In this document: positions 1 to 15,400 of the stretch, piece by piece | Position numbering within the stretch: position 1 is the stretch's first letter | Layout: each line of letters begins with the position of its first letter | NCBI GenBank assembly: GCA_000092065.1 | Contig: CP000582.1 | DNA: 64,000 nucleotides | Reading direction: 5' to 3' (one strand) | From: Ostreococcus lucimarinus | Lineage: Eukaryota | The notes under the pieces: model-generated | Database searches by the model: none | What the model saw: the letters and a program-made list of their open reading frames with translations, nothing else | What the model was told of the DNA's origin: nothing | Translations under genes and position numbers: made by a program

Positions 1-480
1 ATATAGATTGTCCAGTAAAGTTGAAAGTGAAAGAAATCCTGCCGGCAGCAACGTTTGACACATTCGTTGCACTTTCATATCCGTTTGCAAGTGTAGACTT
101 ATCACGCAAGATTCTTGCGTAGTCCGACGACGTGATGCCGACAAATACTGACTTTGCACATCCATTGACGCAATACTTTTTGTCGAGCAACGATGCGGCA
201 GTGCCAAGCAGAACGCGCTGCTGTGGATCGCAGAGACGAGCTTCCATGCGTGACATATCAAAGGTATTGGCATCAAAATGATATACTTGAGCAATGAATC
301 CACCAAAACTTGGTGGAAGTGCACCGTCTAGGGTATCAAATTTGAATAAATCTATGATCCAACGCTTCTCCAAACCTTGAATCGCATCAAACAACGGAAT
401 CTTGTGAGTTACTGTCGACTGGCTGTGAAAAGTCTTAGCGTAGACTCGCACGTCAATACTATGACGTTTATGTTGGGTAG
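1..480 (-). other. PKS module 6: KS N-terminus (partial; continues beyond the window).
   Basis: Translation ...FDANTFDMSRMEARLCDPQQRVLLGTAASLLDKKYCVNGCAKSVFVGITSSDYARIL...GRISFTFNFTGQSI gives typical KS N-terminal motifs, with no stop before position 1. Confidence 0.7.
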
Positions 481-3400
481 TCAAAGAGCAGGAAGACCTT
501 TGTATGGAAATTTGATTTTGATGCGATTCGGACAACATACATTGGTTTTGTTGCGACAAAAAACGAATTAAAGATCGGAGTGTCGGATGCTCAAATGCTA
601 CTAACTTTGGCACATCAATATGAAGCTTCGATGAAAGTGCATCAGCAAGTTCCAAAGCAAAAGTTGAGTCCACGCCGTTGGTCATGACGCTCTCATCCAA
701 AGAAAATGGTCCATTTCTACATCCCCGTAAATCCGTTAGAACGCGCTGCACCACTGAAGCTACATGTGATTGTACGACATCCACGTGCATAGCTTCCAAA
801 TAGTTGTCGTCACTCACAATCTGAGTTGATGGGTGTTTTACCCTATCAAGGAGATCGTCAAGTAGATCCCATTGCTGTAGGCTATGTTCTGTTTGGTTCA
901 GCAGTACTCTAAATTGTGAGTCATATTTCTGCATGTCCAACTTGACTACCAAAACACCAGGAAGCGCACGAGTCAAATGACATTTTGATATTATACTGCA
1001 AAGCTTATTGGGGCAAATCGAGGTCAGGCCCAAGATGGATGAGTCCCATGTTGCATTTAACGCCATACCAACACTCGCAAATGGCCCCAAGCGGATTGAG
1101 ATAATTTCGCTTCCAAAAGAATGAAACCAAAGTGATAGCTCATCAATGTATGCATTTGACGCTGCATACGATGCCGCTCTCCCAAGACCGAAAACAGCGC
1201 TGATTGACGACAGAAATATGTCTATTTGTCGTGAGTGGGACGGAAAAAGCCAAGGCGTATTGTCTTTTTTAGCTTGTACTGAAGTTGCGACTTTTGGTAC
1301 GAAGACTGCCATCATCTGTGCAGGTGTCAGGTGTTTCACTGGAGTCATCTGAAAGACTCCTGCGGAATGTATAACTGACAGTTTTTTATTTTGATCCTTG
1401 CAGAACCGGGATTTAATGGCTGCTAACTCATCTAAATTGCACACACAAGCTCTCGATATTGTCAGATAGTCATCTTCCGTGGAAAATGTTGGATCCACGT
1501 GAAGCACGCGACTTCGCCCTGTGCGGCCAACAATACAAACATTACAATGCGAATGGCGTTTCAAATTATTTATTAAGTGAGCGGTTATGCCATGAGTTCC
1601 ACCATATGTTAAAACATTATGCGAGCAAGTCCATGCGAACTCACGCTGTCGTCCTTCGCGGAGGGTTGAACGTAAACTTACTTGCGCTAATCGCTGTGTG
1701 AAAATTTTACCAGCCTCAACTCTCATCTTGCACGAACTACAACTCAAAAACGTAAACTTTTCAAATACTGGTTTCGGAGCTAAAGCAACTTGCACATGTG
1801 GATACTCCAAATGCAATGCCTGAATTAAGCTCTCCATGGTCCCGAACGTGCAGGCGGCTTCACTTGCAGGACGTGGCTGCGTGGCCAGGTTGAAACAGGT
1901 TGATGAGCATGATCTTGAGACAATGCTTATCAACGGTAAAAACGTGAACATTGATGCGTAAATTGATGCAAATGTGTACGATGAGTCTTCTACTCTTTGA
2001 TAGGGCACTATGTCACACAAGTCCAGGTTAAAGGCACGCTTTCCAATTCGCGAAGCTTTGAAACTACCAAAATTAATACAATCTGTGCCGTCAATTCGTT
2101 GATGTTTTGCGGCTCCATAAACCCAATTGGCCACGTACTGATGCGTCGGTAATTTAGCACGTCTTCGTATTTGTGATGCACTTTCTTCACACTCTATCAA
2201 GTTATTGGAAGATTGAATTCGAGATTTAGTACGTGTAATTTTCCTATTTGAAACTGTACGATGCGCGCACGTGGTATTCAACAATCTTGAGAACTGAACC
2301 ATGGCGCAAGATATACGCAAAAAATGATGCATACACGACTTTAACAGTTGCTCTTTGACTCCTGTATCGCTAAAAAGTGTGTGTTCCATTGCACGACATG
2401 TAGAAATTGAATTCCGGAAGAACTGACATACGCTGAGGAAGCGCCGGTCGCGTACCTGTGGAGTAACGGTCACGCAGCCTTTACCAGTGTTAACACCATT
2501 CGACCCTACAACTTTAAACACAGAAGTTCTTTCGCAGAGATGTACGACCAAATTATCCTTTACTGCATTATGAGTTGTCAGCACTACTTGTGAAAGCATC
2601 GTCAATCGTTCGTTTGTTGTTATACCAACTACGGAATGTACAGCAAAAAGTAGATCTGACATTCGTGCGATATCATTATCCATATTATTTCTTTGCTTGA
2701 ATGTTAGCCATTGTGACGAATCTAGGTAATAGGCTTTACACTCCACTGTCATGTAATCGTGCAGTAAGTACTTTTCGTCGAGAAGTAGTGGGTTGCCGTC
2801 CATAGGGCGCTTATACAGAGCGCTGTAAACGGTCGCCGATAATATCGCGTGAGCGTTTGTACCTTGAAATGCAAACGAGCTCGTTCCCGTCTTCGCATTT
2901 GCTTTATGCACATGCTGGCACGAAGCAGAAGCAGATCGCGGCACAGCAACGTTTGGCTCTTGAGAGGGATTTATTGACATTGCGTGCCACGCATGTACGT
3001 TGAGTAAGCGCATGTGCATTATGCCAGTGTGTCTTTGCATTTCTACGGCACGTGATGCACTTATGAGCCCCGCCACACCGGCAGCACATTCAGCGTGCCC
3101 CATGTTCGTTTTGATTGCATGCAATCGTAAAGTTTCTGCCTGACCCAAAACAGACATCGCGCCTCCTACTTCTATGGGGTCACCAAGTGGCGTCCCAGTT
3201 CCATGCATTTCAAGGGCCCGCACTTCTAATGGCCGAGTCGAAGCGTTTGCCAGGGCTGATTTGATGACTCTGGTCTGCGATGGTCCATTTGGCGCCGTCA
3301 ACGAGCTCGTTCGACCGTCTTGATTTACTGCGGTCCCACACAGCCACACGCTCTCGCTATTGACATTCGCGGTTGGACTCAGTAATAATGTATCACAGCT

Positions 3401-6400
3401 TTCGGCTCGCACGTAACCATCCGCGGCCGCATCGAGCGTCTTGCAGCGGCCATCAGGCGCTAGCATACCAGCGCGTAGAAACATGGCCGTCGTAGTCTCG
3501 GTGAGGATGAGGTTCACGCCACCCGTTACAGTTGAGTCGCACTCACTCTGAAATACAGATGCCACACCGAGATGGACTGCCACAAGGGACGAGGAGCAGG
3601 CAGTGTCGATACTCATCGCCGGTCCTGTGAGATCGAATGTGAAGCATATCCGTCCAGAAGCGACACTGGAAACGCTCGAAGCGGGCACATCTCTGAAATT
3701 GAGTGGGAATATTAGTCGAAGTGCCCCGTACTCATCGGCACTGACACCAATGAAACAGCCTGTTTGACCATCGATTACACCTTGGTCGTCGTAGATGCAG
3801 CCGAAAGTGCACTTGAGTAACGTCCGTTGTCTTGGATCCATTTGCGCAGTTGTGCGTTCATTGAGGTCGAAAATGTGTGCGTCAAAATTGTTTACATTAT
3901 TCATATGAAATGCAAATGGTGGGTTGCCTGATTCAAAGAAAGAATCGAACCGGCTGTCGACGAGCGTCACTTCGTCGTCGTAGGTTGCAGTAGACATATT
4001 GCCGTAGAAAGACGCAAGTGTGATACTTCTATTGCCCAGATTCTCCGCAGAACTGCCTTCCAATACCCGCAAGCTTTGTCGTGATTGAATTGATGATGAA
4101 CTTGAACTTTGTAAACGGTCTGCAAGATGACGAGCTAGTGATTTTACCGTCGGGTAATCAAAACCGAGTGTATGTGGCAGATTGAGAGACGTCTCTACAG
4201 CCAAGCTCATCGCTAACTGCGACATACCGATAGAATCCAGACCTAACGATGTAAGTGGTGTATTTATTGACTTCTCATCTTGATTGATTCCAGTAATAGA
4301 AGACAAATTTCTGAAAATGAGTCCCTCTAGAGATATAAGATCATCGTGAGTTTCATCTTCGGCCCCAGCTTTGGTGGAATAAATGGTAGCGTCATCTTTC
4401 GATGATAATTCGTGTGAATTAAACCCTGAACCCAGATGCGCTTGATTATGTAGTTTTTGCCCTATCACAGAATAACATGGAGCAGAGAAAATATCGCTCG
4501 AAAGTACGTACAGATTTTTCAAGATATCCAAAGCAAGGTGTGGATTTATTGAGGGCATAAAAGCAGTGTTTGCGGAAATTCTACGCGTATCAATAGCCAT
4601 TCCAACTGCACTCCACGCTCCCCATCGAGTACTCACAATGTTCATGCCTGAAGCCTTCTTATGTGCCGACATCATATCAAGTGTTGCATTCGCAGAGGAA
4701 TAGTTGGCTTGTCCTATAGAACCGAAGACGGCGAGGGAAGAAAATACTATTGAAACAAGCATTGCATGGTGTAAGTGCGTTTTAGAACAAGAGAAAGATC
4801 CCGTCTTTGGAGCAAATGTAGACCTAATGGAATGAGGATTTTGTGAAGCATGCAAAGCGTCTTTCGTTACGCCACTCATGTGGACAATTCCAAAGGTGTT
4901 TGTGTCTCCTTCGTATGGTAATACGGTGGTAGAGGCGCACGAGTCATCTTGCCTAAGTTTTAAACTGATTCGCCAATGGTTAAAGAGTTTTGGTTTTGCG
5001 GACTTTCCACTTCTACATGATACACAAATGCCTAGTACATTGTGGTTGTGTGCTAACCAACCAACGTTCATCACCCCAATGCCACCTGTGCCACCTGTAA
5101 TTCCCCAATACTCGCACCTGTTCGAAATGAAGTGTTCCGATGGTAAGTTGTATCGTAGATGTTTCAGGAACGCAATAATGTTTTGGTTTAGTTCTTCATC
5201 AGATACTGAACACTGAGTGTGGTGATTTGACATTGTGCGAAAGCGTTCGCGTTCAATTCTTTCTTCTGTCTGTGTTCGTACTAGCGAAAGAAGGCAAGAG
5301 TAATGCACGAAGTGCATTTGTGACATCTCTATCCAAATATACTGCGACGAGTTTTGTAGCTGCTCATAGGATGCTGTGCAGAGAATCACATCACCAGCAT
5401 TCAGGCTTGACTTGGACAATTTTGTAGCGACTACCCCTATGAAGGGTATATGTGCAACTTTCGCATTCATTAACATACTTTTGACGCTCGATCCCGATGC
5501 GAATGAACGCTTTATTTCAACGAGAATAGACTGGTTAGAATCGGTTGCCACTTGCATCTTGGGGTACAAGAACTGTTGTTGCACTGATATGCGAAGTTGA
5601 CACGGCATTTTGACCTTCCGAAATGTTGAGTTTGTCACGCGTTTTTGCTTTCCTTCCTCATACATAATGCATCGTAAGACAGCCTCCAAGTGTGAATGTC
5701 CGACACTACTTAGCGCCGGTGATTGAACTTTTACATATTTTGACTGCATGAAGCACATCATGCTGGCAGTCTCCACGCCGAAGAGTGCAGGCCTCGATGG
5801 CCACTCAGGTGCATGGATAGATCTTGAATTTTCGGTTTCGTAGTACACACTGTGAACGAAATCTAGCGCACCGCAAGATTTTCTTTCAGTCGTCATCAAA
5901 CTAGATAAGTGACGCATTCTGATGATTGAAGCAGTGCAACCATGCATGGTCATCATGGCAGAAGTTTTGTTCCCCGCGCTATATAAAATGAACGAAGCAT
6001 GTACTTCTCCTGCAGATGCGGTTTGCATCATGCACTTGGAGTCCATCACATCCATACTATGCGATGCCATGCAGTTTTGTCTTATTGACTCAACAGCTTT
6101 TGGTAGGTATCCTGCAGTTATTGAATAAGTCTGACAGATTTGTAGACATGCATCACAAGTTGCCGACATCGTGAAAGGTGATGGCCGGTGTTGTGAATCA
6201 ACTCTACCTAGTATTTTGCTTTGTTTTTCGCAATGTTTTTTTGTGTATGTATGAACGCGTTGTTGAGTGTGAGTCAGAGACGTCAACGCAAATGAAAATG
6301 TGCAATTAATGGCACTTCCTGCATTCGAAAGTATTCCCGTCCGTTGCCAAATTTTAATTTGTACATTTCCAAAATGTGCTGGTTTTATGAAAACCACATC

Positions 6401-9400
6401 TCGAAGCAAGAGTAATGTTTGGTTTTTCGTAATGTTTTTCATACTCTCTCGCAAAATCTGCGCGAGCAAAGTCCCTGGTAGGCATGTTCTGTTCAAAACT
6501 TGATGGTCAGTGAGGAATTGGTTTTCAACATGGTTGAGCAAAAAAACAGTCTCAAGAACTCTATTGGTTACGTGCGCTCTGAATGGTGCCATGATTTGAA
6601 GACCCCAGCAATCAATTGGAGTGTACATGATGGATTTGCACGCAAGTTGTCGTCTGATTTGAAACTCATCATGTGCTACTGATACAATTGCGTGAGCATT
6701 TGTTCCCTGGAAAGCGAACGAGCTTATCGCCTGTGTCCGTGAAAGAGACTGCATGTTTTCCCTCGTAAATAATGCTAATTGAATTTTCGAGTTCAATGAT
6801 AACACGTCACTCACATGTGCATTTAAATGGCGCAAATGAACGATTGCGATAGCGGCTGATTCTGATAAAGAGTGGACGAGATGGGCAAATGAAGCACAGC
6901 CAGATGCCGGCTCAGCATGACCAGACCTTGATTTAACGGCCTGAGCCATCAATGGAGCATGGCTAACCTTCATCGGCGGTCTGAGGGCCTTGAACGTTGA
7001 TGAGACTTCAATCGGATCGCCAAGGATAGTTCCTGTACCGTGCAATTGTATGGCACCTATGTGATCAACTTCGACAGTTGCGGCGTGTGCAGTCGTTGAA
7101 ATCAATATCACTTGAGCGATTCCATTGGGTGCTGTGAGTGAACTCGTTCGTCCGTCTTGAGCGACAGTGCAAGCCATGAGTACACAGCGCTGTGTATGGG
7201 ATTTACAACGACTGAGTATCTGTAATTCGCAACACTCACCTCTGACATACCCATCTGCATGCATATCTAACACTTTACAACGACCTTCTGCAGATAACAT
7301 ACCCGCCAAGTAGCAAAGATACGAATTCCTGGGACTTATGATATGAACGCCTCCACAAAGCATATCATGCACGGCGTCGAATGTGTTCCGACATCCCAAG
7401 GTTTCCCGGCGAGCGATATACATCGCCACTAGCGCTGAAGAACATGCTGTATCCACGCTGACGGCTGGGCCTTGCATATCAAATATATATGCAAGACGAC
7501 CGGATGCTACGCTGATATGTTGACCGGATGCACTATATGCACAGGAATGCTCGCGTGCGCCTAAGGACACTTCGGGATAAGATGAAATACCAAGCGAGAT
7601 ACCGGTGTAAATGCTGAATAGATGGCTATGGAATAGACGTTGAGAATGTTCCAACAGCAGACGCTGCTGTGGGTCCATGCTGATCGCCTCTGCTTTTCCA
7701 ATTCGGAAACCTTGCCAGTCGAACATCACGATGCTTTCAACGAAGCAGCCCACTTTTAAACGTGGGTCGCTTTCTCCAAGTTCATCCGACAAAATGCGCC
7801 GTGCTGTTGGCATGAGGGCAATACTGTCGCAGTTTGCGACGCCCGCTGCCCCATGTGAAGTTCCAGATGACACAGCAAGCACACACTGAAGGTTGGGTTG
7901 CACAAATGGTGCGTTTTGTGGTGAACGACACAGTGCTTCTATCCCGTGCGCTTCGTCACAGCTGTGTTCAACATTTTGCATTAAATATGTGCACAATTTT
8001 GAAATGGTGGGGAAGTCAAATACCAAAGATGGTGCTACTTGCCTGTCGAAGTGTGTCGATATTTTACTGGCTAACTCAATCGCAGATAAAGAATCCAAGC
8101 CGGCGTCGTGGAGGGGGATATCAGGGTCAACATCGAAACCAATCAATGTGCAAACCATCTTATGAAGTAAACTCAGACAGTCCTGGGTGGTGTGACACCG
8201 CACGCCTGACGTAGTAAACTTTTTCTGACGCTCTAGCGTTGTTTGTTTATCAGCAATTTTCCGAGTGTGCACACTTTGCAAGCCGGTCGTATGTTTCTCA
8301 AGTAGCCAATCAGCCTTCGTCGAGTCACTGGTGAATGCGTTCTGGCATACGACGAGCACTGCGCCACATGATAGAGGTGCATTTTCTATTCTGCGCATGG
8401 TACTTTTCAGCGCAGCGAGGGCAGTCTTTGGGTCCATGAAGCCAACTCCTAGACGCGACATATTTCGTTCTATGTACTTATTACGGATCGCCATTCCGAC
8501 CTTCCCCCAGGCGCCCCATTGAACGCTGCACACAGGGCGACCAGCTGTGTGCTCAAATTGAGCGAGAGTATCCAAGGCAGAATTTGCGCATGAATAATTT
8601 GCCTGTCCTGGTGAACCTATTCGTGCCGTTATGGAAGAAAAGAAAATGGCGCTTAAAAGCGGTTTGCTTGAGTATAGATCAGCGTCAATGGTGAGAACTT
8701 TAGGAGCAAAGACTTCACGAATGCGTGCTGGCGTTTGTCGCAGAAGCAAGGCATCCGATGTACAACCTGCCGCATGCACGAGTCGAATTGAAGAGCACTT
8801 ATCAGTGAGCATGCAGTTATGGTTATGTGTTCGCCAGACATACATGAAACACTCAATGTAAAACGTCCGCTCATGCACGTAAATCTGAGATTTGCCTGAA
8901 CGATTCGGTAACTTGATGCATTGCATCTTCGTACGGATCAGCCTTCCAATGCCCCCGGACCCTCCTATTATCGTAAGTTGCTCTGTTTTTTTACCTTTCT
9001 CGTCACTTAAGCGCAGATATAAGGCTGAAGGTACGGTTTTATCGAAAAATTTGTGTTGATCTACGTATGAGTTTGACGGAACTATATTCTCTTGCACCGC
9101 TACCTTGCAAATTTGATGCAGCTGTTTGGTAGCGTTTGTACAATGAATGAGCTCGATGTGTCGACGCATTAGGCTTGTAAGTAAGGCGATATCGGCTGCA
9201 ACCTGCATCACTGAACATGCTTGTATTTTCCTTGGAACGGGTTCAAAGTCTGCATCTTGACATTCATAGAAAATTGTGATATTCTGGATTTTGCAGGGCG
9301 CTTTGCACGTTAAGCTACTAGCTTTGAACTGGGAATCGAAACCTAAAAGTTTGTCTAAACTCATACTGCAACCTGAGATTGTGTAACTTCCGACTGTTTT

Positions 9401-12400
9401 CACCTTGGAAACAGACTCAAAGATGGAGACACCACAACTAGCAAACCAACGCAATCCCTTGATCGCAATCTTCTGTGATACTGCGTCACCGATTACAGCA
9501 TTGACTGCTATTATGAAGGCTGCGGATGTGTTCGAAAGACTAGCTGCATTGTGATGAAGATCATAGGAACTGATAGAATGCGTGACGACATGCACATTTG
9601 AGCGGAGAAGAGGCGCGATTGTGGGCGAATCGAACTGCTTCATACTTGTATCGCACTTCTTGGATGCATGCTTTATCCTTGCACGACAATGCTCACCTTG
9701 TGAAGTTTCCACTTTGATCGCACCGGTTATGGCGCGGACAGAAACTTCTATACGTTGGTGGTACTGCAAAAGTAATGGCCTCACAATCGCAAGATCTTGA
9801 ACCATTGCAGTGTGTAAATCAAATGTACCGCACGCTTGAGCCATGTAATCTATGTACCCAGCCGCTGGAAATAACGGTTTTCCATGGATGCAATGGTCCG
9901 ACAGCGCTGGTGTCGGCTGATGGAGGCGCGAAACAATCGAATTGTGGCACACTTTTATCGACGCACCCGAGCTGTGCACTGGAGATGCAAACCAGCACTG
10001 ATTGCAGGAGAATAGCTTGGATGCGACACTATTGCAAGAACAGCCAGAATTTCGTGCTGTCGCCGATAATATCGCGTGAGCGTTTGTACCTTGAAATGCA
10101 AACGAGCTCGTTCCCGTCTTCGCATTTGCTTTATGCACATGCTGGCACGAAGCAGAAGCAGATCGCGGCACAGCAACGTTTGGCTCTTGAGAGGGATTTA
10201 TTGACATTGCGTGCCACGCATGTACGTTGAGTAAGCGCATGTGCATTATGCCAGTGTGTCTTTGCATTTCTACGGCACGTGATGCACTTATGAGCCCCGC
10301 CATACCGGCAGCACATTCAGCGTGCCCCATGTTCGTTTTGATTGCATGCAATCGTAAAGTTTCTGCCTGACCCAAAACAGACATCGCGCCTCCTACTTCT
10401 ATGGGGTCACCAAGTGGCGTCCCAGTTCCATGCATTTCAAGGGCCCGCACTTCTAATGGCCGAGTCGAAGCGTTTGCCAGGGCTGATTTGATGACTCTGG
10501 TCTGCGATGGTCCATTTGGCGCCGTCAACGAGCTCGTTCGACCGTCTTGATTTACTGCGGTCCCACACAGCCACACGCTCTCGCTATTGACATTCGCGGT
10601 TGGACTCAGTAATAATGTATCACAGCTTTCGGCTCGCACGTAACCATCCGCGGCCGCATCGAGCGTCTTGCAGCGGCCATCAGGCGCTAGCATACCAGCG
10701 CGTAGAAACATGGCCGTCGTAGTCTCGGTGAGGATGAGGTTCACGCCACCCGTTACAGTTGAGTCGCACTCACTCTGAAATACAGATGCCACACCGAGAT
10801 GGACTGCCACAAGGGACGAGGAGCAGGCAGTGTCGATACTCATCGCCGATCCTGTGAGATCGAATGTGAAGCATATCCGTCCAGAAGCGACACTCAACGC
10901 TTGTGATGTAGCATCTAGTGCACTTGCGGGGACACTTGTGGTTGTGCGCATGACCTCACCATACTCCATCCAAGCGATTCCAATAAACACAGAAGTGTGA
11001 GATATTGTGTATTTCGGTAGACATAGCGAGCTCACGCAGTGTAGTAGCAGACGCTGCTGTGGGTCCATGCTGATCGCCTCTGCTTTTCCAATTCGGAAAC
11101 CTTGCCAGTCGAACATCACGATGCTTTCAACGAAGCAGCCCACTTTTAAACGTGGGTCGCTTTCTCCAAGTTCATCCGACAAAATGCGCCGTGCTGTTGG
11201 CATGAGGGCAATACTGTCGCAGTTTGCGACGCCCGCTGCCCCATGTGAAGTTCCAGATGACACAGCAAGCACACACTGAAGGTTGGGTTGCACAAATGGT
11301 GCGTTTTGTGGTGAACGACACAGTGCTTCTATCCCGTGCGCTTCGTCACAGCTGTGTTCAACATTTTGCATTAAATATGTGCACAATTTTGAAATGGTGG
11401 GGAAGTCAAATACCAAAGATGGTGCTACTTGCCTGTCGAAGTGTGTCGATATTTTACTGGCTAACTCAATCGCAGATAAAGAATCCAAGCCGGCGTCGTG
11501 GAGGGGGATATCAGGGTCAACATCGAAACCAATCAATGTGCAAACCATCTTATGAAGTAAACTCAGACAGTCCTGGGTGGTGTGACACCGCACGCCTGAC
11601 GTAGTAAACTTTTTCTGACGCTCTAGCGTTGTTTGTTTATCAGCAATTTTCCGAGTGTGCACACTTTGCAAGCCGGTCGTATGTTTCTCAAGTAGCCAAT
11701 CAGCCTTCGTCGAGTCACTGGTGAATGCGTTCTGGCATACGACGAGCACTGCGCCACATGATAGAGGTGCATTTTCTATTCTGCGCATGGTACTTTTCAG
11801 CGCAGCGAGGGCAGTCTTTGGGTCCATGAAGCCAACTCCTAGACGCGACATATTTCGTTCTATGTACTTATTACGGATCGCCATTCCGACCTTCCCCCAG
11901 GCGCCCCATTGAACGCTGCACACAGGGCGACCAGCTGTGTGCTCAAATTGAGCGAGAGTATCCAAGGCAGAATTTGCGCATGAATAATTTGCCTGTCCTG
12001 GTGAACCTATTCGTGCCGTTATGGAAGAAAAGAAAATGGCGCTTAAAAGCGGTTTGCTTGAGTATAGATCAGCGTCAATGGTGAGAACTTTAGGAGCAAA
12101 GACTTCACGAATGCGTGCTGGCGTTTGTCGCAGAAGCAAGGCATCCGATGTACAACCTGCCGCATGAATAAAGCATAATGAATCCACAGCGTATCGATTT
12201 ATCTGTATATTAGTGTGTACGTAGGATTGTACAAACGACACAACGCTGTCACTGTACTGATGCTGTCTTAGCATACAGTTTGTTCGTCCAAAGCGACTCA
12301 TTAGTGTATGTGGTGAGCTGTACCTCATTAGGAAAGTACTAGTGAGTTGCCCTGTAGCTCCTGTTCCTCCCATGATGAAGTAAGACCGATTAAGATCGCA

Positions 12401-15400
12401 GGAGGCTATGAATTCACTTTTGTTACGATCGAGCTTGATCTTATGTATTTTGCGATTAGAGCACGCCAACTGTTGAGCAAGAGATTCTTTTAGGCACCGG
12501 TGCAATACATGAAATTTTCTCAGACTTTTGTATTGCGTAAAAGCCTGTAGTAGGATGCTAGAGTGTTGAAACGGCGCATCTTCACCCCGTACAACTAGGG
12601 AAACATTTTCTTTGATGCATTCAGTCTCAGCGCATCGGAACAGTGATGCAAGATACTTGATGGAATTCGTCTCACATAGCTCAACTCGACCTTCCATTTG
12701 CAGCACATAGGCGTGCAATACCATCACCGCATGAGCGACTATTTTTTCACGCATCAGTGATATAAATCGCGCGTGTGCTTGAGTGGTACAAGGTCTTAAG
12801 CTTGTGCTTGGTGAAAATCTTGACACGTACTTGACAATATTGATTCCATTGCTCAAATTATTTTTATGTGGATACCCATTTGCCTTTGTGCGTAGCATTT
12901 TGCATTTCACTTTGAATAACACCACGCAGCCAACCAGATGATTGCCAAGACTCTCACCATGGCTGTCCAATTCAATGTTACAGCGCGTACTTATGCGCCG
13001 CACTGACGTGATCTCAGGAGGAGATGTGCTACAAAACTTTATTATGGTCGGCAGCATCGTCACACACTTTGATACTTTCTGTCCATCTATGACTCCCACA
13101 CTGATCTGCAGAGTCGCGTCAATAATTGAGGGCACATGGCCTGATGTGAAGTTTGTTGATGCAGTCTCAACATGAGCGAGTGCAATGTTCAACCGACGCC
13201 CACTGTCGAAGATCGGGCTCAATGTCTGCGAAGAGAAAACATAAAGTGTGTTGTGTCTATCGCACTTCTTGGATGCATGCTTTATCCTTGCACGACAATG
13301 CTCACCTTGTGAAGTTTCCACTTTGATCGCACCGGTTATGGCGCGGACAGAAACTTCTATACGTTGGTGGTACTGCAAAAGTAATGGCCTCACAATCGCA
13401 AGATCTTGAACCATTGCAGTGTGTAAATCAAATGTACCGCACGCTTGAGCCATGTAATCTATGTACCCAGCCGCTGGAAATAACGGTTTTCCATGGATGC
13501 AATGGTCCGACAGCGCTGGTGTCGGCTGATGGAGGCGCGAAACAATCGAATTGTGGCACACTTTTATCGACGCACCCGAGCTGTGCACTGGAGATGCAAA
13601 CCAGCACTGATTGCAGGAGAATAGCTTGGATGCGACACTATTGCAAGAACAGCCAGAATTTCGTGCTGTCGCCGATAATATCGCGTGAGCGTTTGTACCT
13701 TGAAATGCAAACGAGCTCGTTCCCGTCTTCGCATTTGCTTTATGCACATGCTGGCACGAAGCAGAAGCAGATCGCGGCACAGCAACGTTTGGCTCTTGAG
13801 AGGGATTTATTGACATTGCGTGCCACGCATGTACGTTGAGTAAGCGCATGTGCATTATGCCAGTGTGTCTTTGCATTTCTACGGCACGTGATGCACTTAT
13901 GAGCCCCGCCATACCGGCAGCACATTCAGCGTGCCCCATGTTCGTTTTGATTGCATGCAATCGTAAAGTTTCTGCCTGACCCAAAACAGACATCGCGCCT
14001 CCTACTTCTATGGGGTCACCAAGTGGCGTCCCAGTTCCATGCATTTCAAGGGCCCGCACTTCTAATGGCCGAGTCGAAGCGTTTGCCAGGGCTGATTTGA
14101 TGACTCTGGTCTGCGATGGTCCATTTGGCGCCGTCAACGAGCTCGTTCGACCGTCTTGATTTACTGCGGTCCCACACAGCCACACGCTCTCGCTATTGAC
14201 ATTCGCGGTTGGACTCAGTAATAATGTATCACAGCTTTCGGCTCGCACGTAACCATCCGCGGCCGCATCGAGCGTCTTGCAGCGGCCATCAGGCGCTAGC
14301 ATACCAGCGCGTAGAAACATGGCCGTCGTAGTCTCGGTGAGGATGAGGTTCACGCCACCCGTTACAGTTGAGTCGCACTCACTCTGAAATACAGATGCCA
14401 CACCGAGATGGACTGCCACAAGGGACGAGGAGCAGGCAGTGTCGATACTCATCGCCGATCCTGTGAGATCGAATGTGAAGCATATCCGTCCAGAAGCGAC
14501 ACTCAACGCTTGTGATGTAGCATCTAGTGCACTTGCGGGGACACTTGTGGTTGTGCGCATGACCTCACCATACTCCATCCAAGCGATTCCAATAAACACA
14601 GAAGTGTGAGATATTGTGTATTTCGGTAGACATAGCGAGCTCACGCAGTGTAGTAGCAGACGCTGCTGTGGGTCCATGCTGATCGCCTCTGCTTTTCCAA
14701 TTCGGAAACCTTGCCAGTCGAACATCACGATGCTTTCAACGAAGCAGCCCACTTTTAAACGTGGGTCGCTTTCTCCAAGTTCATCCGACAAAATGCGCCG
14801 TGCTGTTGGCATGAGGGCAATACTGTCGCAGTTTGCGACGCCCGCTGCCCCATGTGAAGTTCCAGATGACACAGCAAGCACACACTGAAGGTTGGGTTGC
14901 ACAAATGGTGCGTTTTGTGGTGAACGACACAGTGCTTCTATCCCGTGCGCTTCGTCACAGCTGTGTTCAACATTTTGCATTAAATATGTGCACAATTTTG
15001 AAATGGTGGGGAAGTCAAATACCAAAGATGGTGCTACTTGCCTGTCGAAGTGTGTCGATATTTTACTGGCTAACTCAATCGCAGATAAAGAATCCAAGCC
15101 GGCGTCGTGGAGGGGGATATCAGGGTCAACATCGAAACCAATCAATGTGCAAACCATCTTATGAAGTAAACTCAGACAGTCCTGGGTGGTGTGACACCGC
15201 ACGCCTGACGTAGTAAACTTTTTCTGACGCTCTAGCGTTGTTTGTTTATCAGCAATTTTCCGAGTGTGCACACTTTGCAAGCCGGTCGTATGTTTCTCAA
15301 GTAGCCAATCAGCCTTCGTCGAGTCACTGGTGAATGCGTTCTGGCATACGACGAGCACTGCGCCACATGATAGAGGTGCATTTTCTATTCTGCGCATGGT